Assembly: GCA_963706595.1 (NCBI GenBank)
Contig: OY970166.1
Location: forward strand, 4,448,001 to 4,512,000
DNA length: 64,000 bases
DNA from: an uncultured cyanobacterium
Lineage (GTDB): Bacteria; Cyanobacteriota; Cyanobacteriia; Cyanobacteriales; Nostocaceae
Direction: 5' to 3'
Under the pieces are notes generated by a model. The model worked only from the letters and a program-made list of their open reading frames with translations. It was not told where the DNA came from and made no database searches. This document shows, piece after piece, positions 8,363 through 19,472 of this stretch (the first letter of the stretch is position 1; every line of letters starts with the position of its first letter). Position numbers and translations under genes: made by a program.

Positions 8363-8809
8363 CTAAAGTGTGACATTTCCATCTACACTACCGATGCTAC
8401 CAATGTTTTTAGCTTGGCTATTCTGCATCTGTCCAATCATTTGTCCTTCAACTGTGCCGGCTGTTTGCTGAATTTGAACGCCACCTTTATCAACTCCATC
8501 GTTATCTTGAAGAATTTTGGCAATGATATCTGCAAGTCCTTGATCTTTTTTAAAGAGTGTTTCTAACTCTTCTTGAAGTGCGGCTTTCCAAACTTCACTA
8601 TCTGGTTTTTCTGCTAACTTTGTGGCGGCGATGTTGGCTGCTGCTTCTGCTTCGACTGGAGGATATAATTTTTTCCAAATTGCGGTGGCTTTATCCCAAG
8701 TGTCTTGACCAAGCTTGGTCGCTGCTGCACTTAATGCCGGCTCTCCAACTTTTTTTAACAGAAAGGGCAGACATGGAGCTAGAAAAGTTGTCAAAATTGC
8801 TACATCCAT
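8363..8809 (-). CDS. Small helical protein (Bell/HeLo-like) with C-terminal Q/N/G-rich motif
   Basis: N-terminal hydrophobic helix (ILTTFLAPCLPFLLKK), helical core (KLGQDTWDKATAIWKKL...LQEELETLF) and the tail IQQTAGTVEGQMIGQMQNSQAKNIGSIGSVDGNVTL. Confidence 0.7.
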   Translation of the reverse strand: MDVAILTTFLAPCLPFLLKKVGEPALSAAATKLGQDTWDKATAIWKKLYPPVEAEAAANIAATKLAEKPDSEVWKAALQEELETLFKKDQGLADIIAKILQDNDGVDKGGVQIQQTAGTVEGQMIGQMQNSQAKNIGSIGSVDGNVTL

Positions 8810-8966
8810 TTATTTAAATTCTGATATTTTGCAAGTAACTTGATGTAACTCATAAATACCACAGCTTCTTATGGGAAAACAAGCCCAAATCCTGCATTTT
8901 AGGGATTGACGACTTGATGGGGATATTTAGCCTCTGGTAGAGTTTATAACTTTTTTGTAAATTATC

Positions 8967-8995
8967 TTGACATTTTGTAACAAAGTTGTTAAGAT
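8967..8995 (+). promoter_or_regulatory. Near-consensus promoter overlapped by HLR1-like (RpaB) half-sites
   Basis: TTGACA (8967-8972), 17 nt, TAAGAT (8990-8995) with an extended TG. GTTACAAA and TTTACAAA on the minus strand lie 20 bp apart. Confidence 0.6.
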
Positions 8996-9000
8996 TGTTT

Positions 9001-9157
9001 ACATAAGTTAGCAAATACCTCAAGCACCTACGTAAATTACTATTAAAAAAGTTGCCTTGGAATTGAGTTAGAAATTCGCTTATTTGTATTGTTGTATCTA
9101 AATCGTCATTCTTACTTCTCCTAATCAGAGACCTCAGTTGCCAAGCTGAGGTTTTTT
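9001..9157 (+). ncRNA. Putative small RNA, PsrR1 (SyR1)-like
   Basis: Strong promoter upstream, no ORF-track ORF, and an intrinsic terminator ACCTCAG...CTGAGGT-TTTTT (9131-9157). Identity is inferred from context and recalled motif resemblance only. Confidence 0.45.
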
Positions 9158-9169
9158 GTTGGGGATAAA

Positions 9170-9964
9170 TTAGCTTTTTGGTTTTTGAAATATTTCGGCG
9201 AAAAACTGCTTGAGGGCTTGCCAGGAGCGTTTTTCTACTACTGGATTATATAGCGATCGCGGCGCACTATTAGCTTCTGGATTTGTAAAGCTATGCACTG
9301 CACCACCATAAGATATTAATTGCCAATCAACATTGGCTTCTCGCATTTCGGTAGCAAATGCTTGTACTTGTTCGTCTGGCACAATGGGGTCATCAGCACC
9401 ATGTAACACTAATACTTTGGCTTGGATGTTTTTGGCATCATTGGGGTTAGGGGTGTCAAGGTTGCCGTGAAAACTTGCTACTCCGGCAATATTTGCCCCA
9501 CTCCGGGCTAGTTCTAAGACTGTTCCACCGCCGAAGCAGTAACCAATGGCGGCTATGCGTTGAATATCGGTGAGTGGGTTTTGTCGTAAAACTTTTAAGC
9601 CGGCAAGAGTGCGATCGCGCAATAATTGTCTATCCTGACGATAAATTGAGGCTTGTTTTCCTGACTCTTCGGGGTTGTTTGGTCTAATGCCTTTACCGTA
9701 AATATCAGCAGCAAATGCTACATAACCAAGTTTAGCTAATTCCTCAGTGCGTTCTTTCACAAAGGACTGTAAACCGTTCCACTCATGCACGACTAAAACG
9801 CCAGGACGCTTACCTGGGATAGAATCGTCGAAAGCAAGATAACCTTCCAAAACGGTATCGCCGTGTTTATACTCAATAGTTCGCGTTTGAATTGCTGCAA
9901 GCACTGGTGTAGAAGATAACGACATCAGCACAGGGGCAACTAAAACCGGAATCAGTAATTTCAT
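9170..9964 (-). CDS. Dienelactone hydrolase family protein with signal peptide
   Basis: VVHEWNG, GYCFGG nucleophile motif, HGADDP, AVHSFTNP. Confidence 0.9.
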   Translation of the reverse strand: MKLLIPVLVAPVLMSLSSTPVLAAIQTRTIEYKHGDTVLEGYLAFDDSIPGKRPGVLVVHEWNGLQSFVKERTEELAKLGYVAFAADIYGKGIRPNNPEESGKQASIYRQDRQLLRDRTLAGLKVLRQNPLTDIQRIAAIGYCFGGGTVLELARSGANIAGVASFHGNLDTPNPNDAKNIQAKVLVLHGADDPIVPDEQVQAFATEMREANVDWQLISYGGAVHSFTNPEANSAPRSLYNPVVEKRSWQALKQFFAEIFQKPKS

Positions 9965-10082
9965 GGCGTGATTAATTTAAACTTTCTGGATATTTTGCCA
10001 TTGTGACACGGCTAAATCACGCTGCGATCGCTACATTAGAAGATACAACAAGATATTATTTATAGGCGACTCACACAAAACC

Positions 10083-12191
10083 ATGAGTGCAAATCTCACT
10101 ATTTCGCAAAATCCCTTACTTCAAGGTTCTGGCTTACCTCCCTTCAGTGAGATTAAACCAGAGCAAATAATACCAGCTTTTACCGAACTATTGGCAGAAC
10201 TTGAGCAAAAGCTGACCACCTTAGAAGCTAATATTCAGCCTACTTGGAGTGGCTTAGTAGAACCACTCGAAAAGCTCACAGAACGGCTAAACTGGAGTTG
10301 GGGCATAGTGAGCCATTTAATGGGTGTGAAAAATAGCCCCGAACTGCGTGAAGCTTATGAAACCGTACAACCACAAGTAGTACAGTTTCTTAACAAACTC
10401 GGTCAAAGCCAGCCAGTTTATAATGCTTTGAAGCAACTCCGCGCCAGTGATAACTGGGAAAATTTAGAATCAGCCCAGCAAAGAATTGTCGAAGCTGGTA
10501 TCAGAGATGCCAAACTTTCCGGTGTTGGCTTACAAGGAGAAGCCAGGGAGCGTTTCAACGCCATTCAAATGGAATTAGCAGAACTTGGTACAAAGTTCTC
10601 AAACCATGTCCTAGATGCCACCAAAGCCTTTAGCTTAACCCTGACAACAAAAGCCGAAATTGACGGCTTACCCGATAGCTTAATTAGTCTAGCAGCACAA
10701 CTTGCCCGTGATGCGGGAGCAGAAAACGCCACCCCAGAAAATGGTCCTTGGCGCATTACCTTAGACTTTCCCAGCTACGGACCTTTCATGCAGCACAGCA
10801 CCCGCCGAGATTTGCGCGAACAGCTCTACAAAGCTTTCGTCACTCGTGCTTCATTCGGGGAGTTTAATAATCAGCCGTTAATTGAGCGCACTTTAGAATT
10901 ACGGCAAGAACTAGCAAGTTTACTCGGCTTTGAAAATTATGCCCAAATGAGCCTAGCCAGTAAAATGGCTCCTAATGTGGCAGCAGTGGAAGCATTATTA
11001 GAAGAACTACGTCAAGCCAGTTATGATGCGGCTGTCAAAGACTTAGAAGCACTCAAAGCCTTTGCAGCTAGCAAAAAAGCACCAGAAGCCGAAGACTTAC
11101 AACACTGGGATACCAGCTTTTGGGCAGAACGCCAACGGGAAGAAAAATTTGCCTTCACCGCCGAAGAATTACGTCCTTACTTTCCCTTACCTCAAGTTTT
11201 AGATGGTTTATTTGGACTGGTAAAACGGCTGTTTGGCATTACTGTTACCCCTGCTGATGGACAAGCCCCAGTCTGGAATGAGGATGTGCGTTATTTTCAA
11301 ATTGCTGATGAAACCGGTAATCCTCTAGCTTACTTCTACTTAGACCCCTACAGCCGTCCCGCAGAAAAACGCGGTGGTGCTTGGATGGATGTCTGTATTA
11401 ATCGCAGCAAAATCACTGATAATGGTGTAACAGAGATTCGTTTGCCTGTGGCTTATTTGGTATGTAACCAAAGTCCCCCGGTTGATGGTAAGCCAAGTTT
11501 GATGACTTTCTATGAAGTAGAAACGTTATTTCATGAATTTGGTCATGGCTTGCATCACATGATGACCAAAGTAGACTACACCGGAGCAGCAGGCATCAAC
11601 AATGTCGAATGGGATGCCGTAGAATTACCCAGTCAATTCATGGAAAACTGGTGCTATGAGCGACCAACTTTGTTTGGCATGGCGAAGCATTATCAAACTG
11701 GTGAACCCTTACCGGAGCATTATTACCAAAAACTCCTAGCTGCACGCAACTATATGAGTGGTAGTGTGATGTTGCGGCAAGTTCACTTTAGCAGTGTTGA
11801 TTTAGAATTACACTATCGTTATCGCCCTGGTAGTGGTGAAACCGCCGCAGATGTGCGTCATCGCCTAGCTAAAACTACTACGGTTTTACCGCCGCTACCA
11901 GAAGACGCTTTTTTATGCGCTTTTGGACACATTTTTGCTGGGGGTTATGCCGCAGGTTATTACAGCTACAAGTGGGCTGAAGTTCTTAGTGCTGATGCGT
12001 TTGCTGCTTTTGAAGAAGCTGGTTTAGAAGATGAACAAGCGATAAAAGCTACAGGTAAACGTTACCGGGAAACAGTCTTAGCTCTCGGTGGTAGTCAACA
12101 TCCCATGAATGTGTTTGCATCTTTCCGAGGTCGTGAACCTAGTACGGCTTCGTTACTCAAGCATACTGGTTTATTAGCGACTGTAAATTAA
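10083..12191 (+). CDS. prlC: Oligopeptidase A (M3 metallopeptidase)
   Basis: HEFGHGLHH zinc motif, KRGGAWM, DAVELPSQFMENW, GGYAAGYYSYKWAEV. Confidence 0.93.
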   Translation: MSANLTISQNPLLQGSGLPPFSEIKPEQIIPAFTELLAELEQKLTTLEANIQPTWSGLVEPLEKLTERLNWSWGIVSHLMGVKNSPELREAYETVQPQVVQFLNKLGQSQPVYNALKQLRASDNWENLESAQQRIVEAGIRDAKLSGVGLQGEARERFNAIQMELAELGTKFSNHVLDATKAFSLTLTTKAEIDGLPDSLISLAAQLARDAGAENATPENGPWRITLDFPSYGPFMQHSTRRDLREQLYKAFVTRASFGEFNNQPLIERTLELRQELASLLGFENYAQMSLASKMAPNVAAVEALLEELRQASYDAAVKDLEALKAFAASKKAPEAEDLQHWDTSFWAERQREEKFAFTAEELRPYFPLPQVLDGLFGLVKRLFGITVTPADGQAPVWNEDVRYFQIADETGNPLAYFYLDPYSRPAEKRGGAWMDVCINRSKITDNGVTEIRLPVAYLVCNQSPPVDGKPSLMTFYEVETLFHEFGHGLHHMMTKVDYTGAAGINNVEWDAVELPSQFMENWCYERPTLFGMAKHYQTGEPLPEHYYQKLLAARNYMSGSVMLRQVHFSSVDLELHYRYRPGSGETAADVRHRLAKTTTVLPPLPEDAFLCAFGHIFAGGYAAGYYSYKWAEVLSADAFAAFEEAGLEDEQAIKATGKRYRETVLALGGSQHPMNVFASFRGREPSTASLLKHTGLLATVN

Positions 12192-12201
12192 CGATTATCC
12201 A

Positions 12202-12320
12202 GTAGGGTGTGTTATGCCGTAGGCTAACGCACCTTAATTCGTTGATGCTGCTGTCTGATCAGAATTCAGTATTTTCCTAAATTAAAATGGTGCGTTGCGC
12301 TACGCGACAACACACCCTAA
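12202..12320. repeat. REP doublet (GTAG-type)
   Basis: GTAGGGTGTGTTATG...TAACGCACC and GGTGCGTT...AACACACCCTA; a second family copy lies at 49048-49126. Confidence 0.65.
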
Positions 12321-12725
12321 GTCTAGATTAAGTTTATATTTTTAATTAATTTGCTGATATTTACAAACATAAATAGAAAAGTCTCATTTTTATATAAAAT
12401 TCTTTGCAATACTTAACTTTTTTATAATTAAAATAAATCAACATAGATTAAAAATAATAACTAACATCATAATTTATGAAGTTTATTACGCTAAATTGAG
12501 AGTATGCTTAATCCTTGAAGCCTAGTTCCAAGTTTAAGTAACTTAGGGCAATATAACTCAACATTAATTAACTATTCATCACAGGTTTTAGTGCTAATAG
12601 CTAAATGATTAAAAGTTTGTTTGTGCCGATTTACTAACTAGGTTATTGAGTAAGGCGTTGAAACTTTCAACTAAGCCAAGTAACAAGACTAAACACCAAA
12701 GCAACTTTAAGGGCGAGAAGTAAAA

Positions 12726-13577
12726 ATGATTAAAAAAATTTTGCTAGCGGTTTCTGGCTTGGGCCATGCAGAAGAAATGCTCAAAACCTTAAAGGAGATG
12801 CCATCAATCCAATCCGCAAAGGTTACAGTTCTGCACGTTGTACCTCCCCAAAGTACGTCTGCGGCCATGACAGATAAATGGGAAGAAGGGGGCAAAATCT
12901 TGGCTAATGCGATTCAATTTCTGAATTTAGACCCCAGTCAGGTGTCTTCAATTTTGCGCCAAGGTGATCCCAAGGATGTAGTTTGCCAAGTAGCAGATGA
13001 CATGGATGCTGACTTAATTATTATGGGTTCACGCGGACTCAAGCGTTTGCAATCCATTTTATCTAACTCTGTGAGTCAGTATGTTTTCCAGCTTTCTTCT
13101 CGCCCCATGTTGCTGGTTAAGGATGATATTTATGTCAAGAGAATTAAGCGCGTGATGGTGGCGATGGATAACTCTGATTCTGCCAGAAAATGCTTAAGTT
13201 TGGCACTGTTCTTGTTACAAGGTGTTCAGGGTGGTCAGTTAATTTTGTCTAATGTGACTACAGATTTGCGTGGCAAAACATCTGAAGTTACGGATATTAA
13301 CCCCGAAAAAAATTCAGTTTTGGCAGAGGCGGTTGCTGACGCTCAAAAATATGGTGTGCAAACTCGTTGTGTCACCAGTAGCGGCAAACCAGGTGAAGAA
13401 ATTTGTCGTCTAGCAGAAGAGTTAAATACAGACTTATTGTTGATTGGATCTCCTGACCGTCGGCCATCGGTGGCTAAGAGTTTGGTGGATATAGACAGAC
13501 TCATCGGTGCTTCTTTGTCTGACTATGTTCGTGTTAATGCTACTTGTCCTGTGTTGTTGGCGCGGACTGTGGCTTAA
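12726..13577 (+). CDS. Tandem universal stress protein (2 x USP)
   Basis: DLIIMGSRG...SVSQYV, and a second domain DLLLIGS...SLSDYVRVNATCPVL. Confidence 0.9.
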   Translation: MIKKILLAVSGLGHAEEMLKTLKEMPSIQSAKVTVLHVVPPQSTSAAMTDKWEEGGKILANAIQFLNLDPSQVSSILRQGDPKDVVCQVADDMDADLIIMGSRGLKRLQSILSNSVSQYVFQLSSRPMLLVKDDIYVKRIKRVMVAMDNSDSARKCLSLALFLLQGVQGGQLILSNVTTDLRGKTSEVTDINPEKNSVLAEAVADAQKYGVQTRCVTSSGKPGEEICRLAEELNTDLLLIGSPDRRPSVAKSLVDIDRLIGASLSDYVRVNATCPVLLARTVA

Positions 13578-13657
13578 TATCACCCTAAATTTAGCGGTTG
13601 GTCAACAAAAAACCCCTGCACCAATGGTGTTGGGGTTCTTTATCTTATACACAAATG

Positions 13658-13774
13658 TCAAGAATCTTTTCCACCTTCACGGCTAGCAGTTTGGATGTAA
13701 AGAACTATTAAAAACACTGCGGGAACTAGAACGAACAGAATGCTCGCTACAAACCCTAGTTCATTCACTTGCAT
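13658..13774 (-). CDS. psbM: Photosystem II reaction centre protein M
   Basis: Not in the ORF track; manual translation [38 protein letters not shown]. Confidence 0.95.
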   Translation of the reverse strand: MQVNELGFVASILFVLVPAVFLIVLYIQTASREGGKDS

Positions 13775-13871
13775 AGCAAGAAAGCCTCTCTTTAATTTCA
13801 GTTTCCAGTCAACAACTTTAGAATAGCATTATCGATGCCAGTGTTAGCTGAAATTTTTGACAAGTTAGGCG

Positions 13872-14168
13872 TTAGGGTTTTGTGACTACACTAACTGGTC
13901 CATTGACTAGGGTTTGACAGGCGAGACGGTAATTATCCGGCTTTTTTTTAAACTTTTGGTTCTCTACATTGGTGCGTGGGGAAAGGTTTTCCATTCCTTC
14001 GACTATTTCCACAATGCAAGTACCACATTGACCAGCGCCACCGCAATTGGTCATTTTGCCAATAAGTTTATATATATCAATGCCATTTTCCATAGCTTTG
14101 AGTCGAAGATTAGCCCCATCTGCTGCTATTACTTCTTTGTTTTCTTTGACAAATTTGATGTTACCCAT
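13872..14168 (-). CDS. 2Fe-2S ferredoxin-like protein
   Basis: [10 protein letters not shown]...RLACQ cluster ligands. Confidence 0.9.
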   Translation of the reverse strand: MGNIKFVKENKEVIAADGANLRLKAMENGIDIYKLIGKMTNCGGAGQCGTCIVEIVEGMENLSPRTNVENQKFKKKPDNYRLACQTLVNGPVSVVTKP

Positions 14169-14361
14169 AGCTGATTGATACCTGTTTGACTGTAGGCGTG
14201 GCTGGAAAAGCTGAGTTTTACACAGTTTCTATAAACTATCCTACTTAATTTATGGTAGCTTATTACAAAATATTAAGAAATATCAAGTTTATCAAAGCAG
14301 AAATTGCCAAATAAATAGGACAGGTTAAGATACCTGTCCCAAAAATCGGTAATGGGTTAGC

Positions 14362-14499
14362 TTACCTGAATCCAACGGCTGCTTGCCATACAAAAGCCAA
14401 CAACAAGAAAAATACGGGAATAATTGGGAGAACATCTACCAAAGGATCGAAGATTTGGTAAGCTTCAGGCAATTTTGCTAATAACAATGCTGCTTCCAT
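14362..14499 (-). CDS. psbK: Photosystem II reaction centre protein K
   Basis: Not in the ORF track; manual translation [45 protein letters not shown]. Confidence 0.96.
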   Translation of the reverse strand: MEAALLLAKLPEAYQIFDPLVDVLPIIPVFFLLLAFVWQAAVGFR

Positions 14500-14625
14500 G
14501 TTTGTCTAAATCCACCTATCTAACACAGAGTTAATATTTGAGATGTATCTTAACATGGTTTGGGGATTGGGGATTGGGTATTTAATATTTTGGGATTGAA
14601 CAAATTCTGGGAGAGTCTCTATTCC

Positions 14626-15750
<1,125 letters not shown>

Positions 15751-16036
15751 CTAAATGTTTAAATACTGGCAATTGATTGATTGTGAATACTTGAGTAATC
15801 ACTACTAAGCCTGATTTCTCTCTCCCTTCTGTGTATTTGGTGGGGTAGAAAAAAAATTATTTAACCACAGAGGCACAGAGGAGCCACTGCGGTCTTGGGG
15901 GTTTCCCCCATGAGCAAGTGGCGTGACACAGAGTTAAGAGGAATGTTTTGACTACAATTTTTACCCATTTTGAAAGGGGTTGTATTCACGACCAACCTAT
16001 GACCGACTTTTTGAGTATATGCTTTATCAGTTCTAA

Positions 16037-16489
16037 TTAAAATGAGTCGGAACAGTCATCGTCAATTTCTGCATCCCATTTAGCGGCAAAGACTTGCTCC
16101 ATCATCGCTTCGATGGCGCTAACATTCAAGTTGCGCTCTTTTCGCTCTTGGGAGGGAGTCGAAAGCGGAATCAGCCGTAAACACATCCCTTCTTGCAATA
16201 AGTCAAAGTAGGTTTCTTGTTGCGGTGATTGTTTTAGTTCTAGATAATCAAAACTATGAACATTCAAGTATAGCGCCGAGTTAGCAACTAGGGTAGACCT
16301 TTGAGGATTGACAAAGACTTCCATGACATCTCCTTCACCCTCGCTCTGTATTTTGCCGAATTGGGTGTAGATGTAGCGGACTCGACCTAAATCAGACAGC
16401 AATCGCCGAATGTCGAGCTTATTCACAATTATTCCCGTGTTAACAATACACGGAGCTGGTATCCTGGTGTCGGGTAGATGGTGACTCAT
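16037..16489 (-). CDS. Conserved hypothetical protein
   Basis: ORF-track 157-aa ORF; the ATG at 16489 (MSHHLPD) was chosen as the likelier start. Confidence 0.65.
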   Translation of the reverse strand: MSHHLPDTRIPAPCIVNTGIIVNKLDIRRLLSDLGRVRYIYTQFGKIQSEGEGDVMEVFVNPQRSTLVANSALYLNVHSFDYLELKQSPQQETYFDLLQEGMCLRLIPLSTPSQERKERNLNVSAIEAMMEQVFAAKWDAEIDDDCSDSF

Positions 16490-16872
16490 AGGAAAATAGG
16501 AGATAAGCAAAGGTGAGGTACAACACAGCTAAAAGGTAAATTTCACAGCCTGGTGTCCTCATATATTTAAAAAAATATCAACTTTGGAGGGCTATCCTCT
16601 AAATTAAGTCTAGGGTAAGTTATTAGTTGAAAAATGCAAAATCCAATTCTTGGTTGTACTAGTAGTCTGTCAAGTTTACTGACATTCAGTTGCAATCAGC
16701 ACTCGCAGAAGATATGACTGAGAACAGCATAACAAAGTTTTTTCCATGAGTCTCTAATCAAAGGCGATCTTATTTAAAGCTTTAAAATTCCGTACTACTG
16801 CTGCTGTCGGATTTGTGGACAACATCTGTCAGTCAGTGTATGTATATTAATTAACATCATTAATCAGCCGCA

Positions 16873-17628
16873 GTGGTGAAAAAATTAGTTTTAAATTTAT
16901 TTGCTAGTATAATATTTTATACATCTATTCCTCTGCCCTATATCAAGGGGCTAGACTTCCAAAAAGTGGCGTATTTTGCGCCGCTAGTGGGGCTGATGAT
17001 TGGCGGCATTTTAGGGCTATGTGATGGCGGAATGAATTATTTGGGGATACCAGTGTTAACTCGTAGCGCTTTGGTAGTGAGTATTTGGATTGCCATCACT
17101 GGAGGATTACACTTAGATGGGGTAATGGATACTGCTGATGGTTTGGCGGTGGGGAACCCTGAAAAACGCTTAGAGGTGATGGCGGATAGTGCTACAGGTG
17201 CTTTTGGTGCAATGGCGGCGATCGCCTTAATATTACTTAAAACTACAGCTTTAATCGAGATTGGTGATCACCGTTGGCTGGTGCTGATGGCGGCTTGTGG
17301 ATGGGGACGCTGGGGACAACAAGTAGCGATCGCCTGCTATCCTTATTTAAAACCCACTGGCAAAGGTGCATTCCACAAAGCCGCTATTCGTTCATATCAG
17401 GATTTATTACCAGGACTGTTTTTGCTTTTTAGTCTCAGTGGTTTTTCGGTAGTAATAGAGAAAGAATATCTGTTTTTAGCACTCAGCATGATCGGGACTG
17501 GAAGTGCGATCGCCACTTTGACCGGATTATGGTTTAATCACAAATTAGGCGGACACACAGGAGACACCTACGGCGCAGTAGTTGAATGGACAGAAGCCCT
17601 ATTCCTCTGTGTCCTCACCATATTTTAA
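16873..17628 (+). CDS. cobS: Adenosylcobinamide-GDP ribazoletransferase (cobalamin synthase)
   Basis: [35 protein letters not shown]. Confidence 0.93.
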   Translation: MVKKLVLNLFASIIFYTSIPLPYIKGLDFQKVAYFAPLVGLMIGGILGLCDGGMNYLGIPVLTRSALVVSIWIAITGGLHLDGVMDTADGLAVGNPEKRLEVMADSATGAFGAMAAIALILLKTTALIEIGDHRWLVLMAACGWGRWGQQVAIACYPYLKPTGKGAFHKAAIRSYQDLLPGLFLLFSLSGFSVVIEKEYLFLALSMIGTGSAIATLTGLWFNHKLGGHTGDTYGAVVEWTEALFLCVLTIF

Positions 17629-17687
17629 TTACGAATTACGAATTACGAATTACGAATTACGAATTACGAATTACGAATTACGAATTA
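17627..17687. repeat. Heptamer tandem repeat (AATTACG) x8 plus a partial copy
   Basis: Directly visible between convergent stop codons. Confidence 0.9.
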
Positions 17688-18164
17688 TTTCACTTCTTGC
17701 AATTTTGTCACCTTCAGTTTAAAGGGACCAACCCCAGTTTCGCCAAAAGACCGGACACGAACAATATAGTTTCCTGTTTCATAAATGCGGGTAAACAGTA
17801 AGGAATTGCTAGTACCATCAGGTCCATCATCATTTTCAGCTACTGTTGTTCCATTAGGTGCTAAGAGTGTGATGATGGGATCAAAACTCTCAGACGTTAA
17901 ATCAATCACTAACTTATCACCCTGATTTAGATTGACCATATAATCACGGCCAAAACCACCCTGACCTGTGGGAATGTCTTTGACTGAGAGTGTATCTGAC
18001 AGTTCCGTACTGGGAGTTAAAGGAATTGGACTATACAATTGATTTTGGGCAAATCCTACCCTTGTATTCATGCCAATTACCAACAAAGTGGCAGGAATAA
18101 TCATTAGTTGTCTGAAACCTACCACAAAAGTTTTACTGATCATTATTAAACAGTGTTCCCACAA
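17685..18164 (-). CDS. PPC (pre-peptidase C-terminal) domain protein, probably exported
   Basis: IDLTSESFDP..TLLAPNG...AENDDG...GNYIVRVRSF; signal-like N-terminus. Confidence 0.75.
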   Translation of the reverse strand: MWEHCLIMISKTFVVGFRQLMIIPATLLVIGMNTRVGFAQNQLYSPIPLTPSTELSDTLSVKDIPTGQGGFGRDYMVNLNQGDKLVIDLTSESFDPIITLLAPNGTTVAENDDGPDGTSNSLLFTRIYETGNYIVRVRSFGETGVGPFKLKVTKLQEVK

Positions 18165-18183
18165 AAACAGGGTTATTGGTTAA

Positions 18184-18900
18184 TTATCGGTTAATTATCG
18201 GTTTGTCAGCTGTAACTTGCTGAGAAACTTTTAAGGAAGTAGTCACAGCTACTAAACCTAAGACGGTAATACCATGCTGATTCAGAATTTTTACAGCAGA
18301 CCTAGTTGTAGCACCCGTAGTATAAATATCGTCAACTAATAACACTGGGACTTTGAGACGGCGACGGCGTAATTCTTCTCCAACAGCAAAAGCTTCAGCT
18401 AAGTTATTTTCTCGTTCAGATACTGATAAACCAAATTGTGCTTTCGTTTCTTGGACTCTTTTTAAACCATTTATCTGCAATTTTAAGCCCGTGGTTTGAC
18501 AAAAACTTTGAGCTATTAATGCAGCTTGGTTATAACCGCGAGTTTTTTGCTTCTGGGGATGGAGTGGTATGGGGACTACCAAAGGTTGTGGTTGGCATTT
18601 GGACACATTTGATAACAACCATGTTTCTCCTAGCCATTGACCCAAAGGGCGGGCAATTTGGGGTTGATTGTCATATTTCATCACAGCGATCGCGCGTTTG
18701 ACAATTCCCCCATATATTCCCCAGCCAAATACAGGTATTGGTTGTTGCCACAAAGCCGCAGGGTCTTTGTGCTGACAGCTTTGGAGTTGCTTAGTACAGT
18801 AAGGACAAAATTCACCCGATGTCGGTCTTTGACATAAAGGACAATGGGATTGCAAAAACAGGTTGAGAAAGTTGTGAAAACTGTGCTTCCAGGTTGGCAT
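18184..18900 (-). CDS. comF: ComF-family phosphoribosyltransferase-like protein
   Basis: CPLC..CPYC zinc ribbon, RGYNQA, LLVDDIYTTGAT. Confidence 0.88.
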   Translation of the reverse strand: MPTWKHSFHNFLNLFLQSHCPLCQRPTSGEFCPYCTKQLQSCQHKDPAALWQQPIPVFGWGIYGGIVKRAIAVMKYDNQPQIARPLGQWLGETWLLSNVSKCQPQPLVVPIPLHPQKQKTRGYNQAALIAQSFCQTTGLKLQINGLKRVQETKAQFGLSVSERENNLAEAFAVGEELRRRRLKVPVLLVDDIYTTGATTRSAVKILNQHGITVLGLVAVTTSLKVSQQVTADKPIINR

Positions 18901-18905
18901 TTATA

Positions 18906-18975
18906 GGGGAGTGGGGAGTGGGGAGTGGGGAGTGGGGAGAAGAGGAACGGGTGCAGGGGGCAGGGGGCAGGGGAG
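18906..18975. repeat. Heptamer tandem repeats (GGGGAGT)n and (GGGGGCA)n
   Basis: Directly visible. The same family occurs at 36666-36723 and, inverted, at about 22690-22715. Confidence 0.8.
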
Positions 18976-18983
18976 AACAGCTT

Positions 18984-19472
18984 TTAATTATTGGGGAGTA
19001 ATTTCATATATACGCGATCGCAACGTGGTGTTTCTACTCCTGTTGCGGGTTGATAACCATTACTTTCATACAACTTGACTGCTTCTACTAAAGCACTGGC
19101 GGTTTCAATCCAAATTTCCTCAAAACCACGGTTCGCGATCGCCACTTCTAACTGTTGTAACAAATATTTCCCCAATCCCAAACCCCTCACACTTGACAAA
19201 AGATACATTTTGCGGATTTCTACAGCTTTTTTGCCACGTTTTATGGGGTAGTATGCCCCCGTACCAACTAGCTGATTTTGGTGTTCGATTACCCAAAACT
19301 CACCACCAGCTTCTAAGTAAAATTCCTCAACTTGCAGCACATCTTTGTCTGCGCCCTGGGGTTCCCAACCCAGACCATATTCTGATAATACATAACTGAT
19401 GACAGAAGCGGCTCTAGTGCGATCGCCTATCTCCCAATTACGAATCAAAAAATCTTGATAATAGTTTTTCAT
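18984..19472 (-). CDS. GNAT family N-acetyltransferase
   Basis: EIRKMYL...RGLGLGK motif A, AVKLYESNGY. Confidence 0.88.
   Translation of the reverse strand: MKNYYQDFLIRNWEIGDRTRAASVISYVLSEYGLGWEPQGADKDVLQVEEFYLEAGGEFWVIEHQNQLVGTGAYYPIKRGKKAVEIRKMYLLSSVRGLGLGKYLLQQLEVAIANRGFEEIWIETASALVEAVKLYESNGYQPATGVETPRCDRVYMKLLPNN

Noticed and set aside
17586..17801. ORF with (ITNYELR)n repeats
   Set aside because: It is a translation of the AATTACG heptamer repeat overlapping convergent genes.
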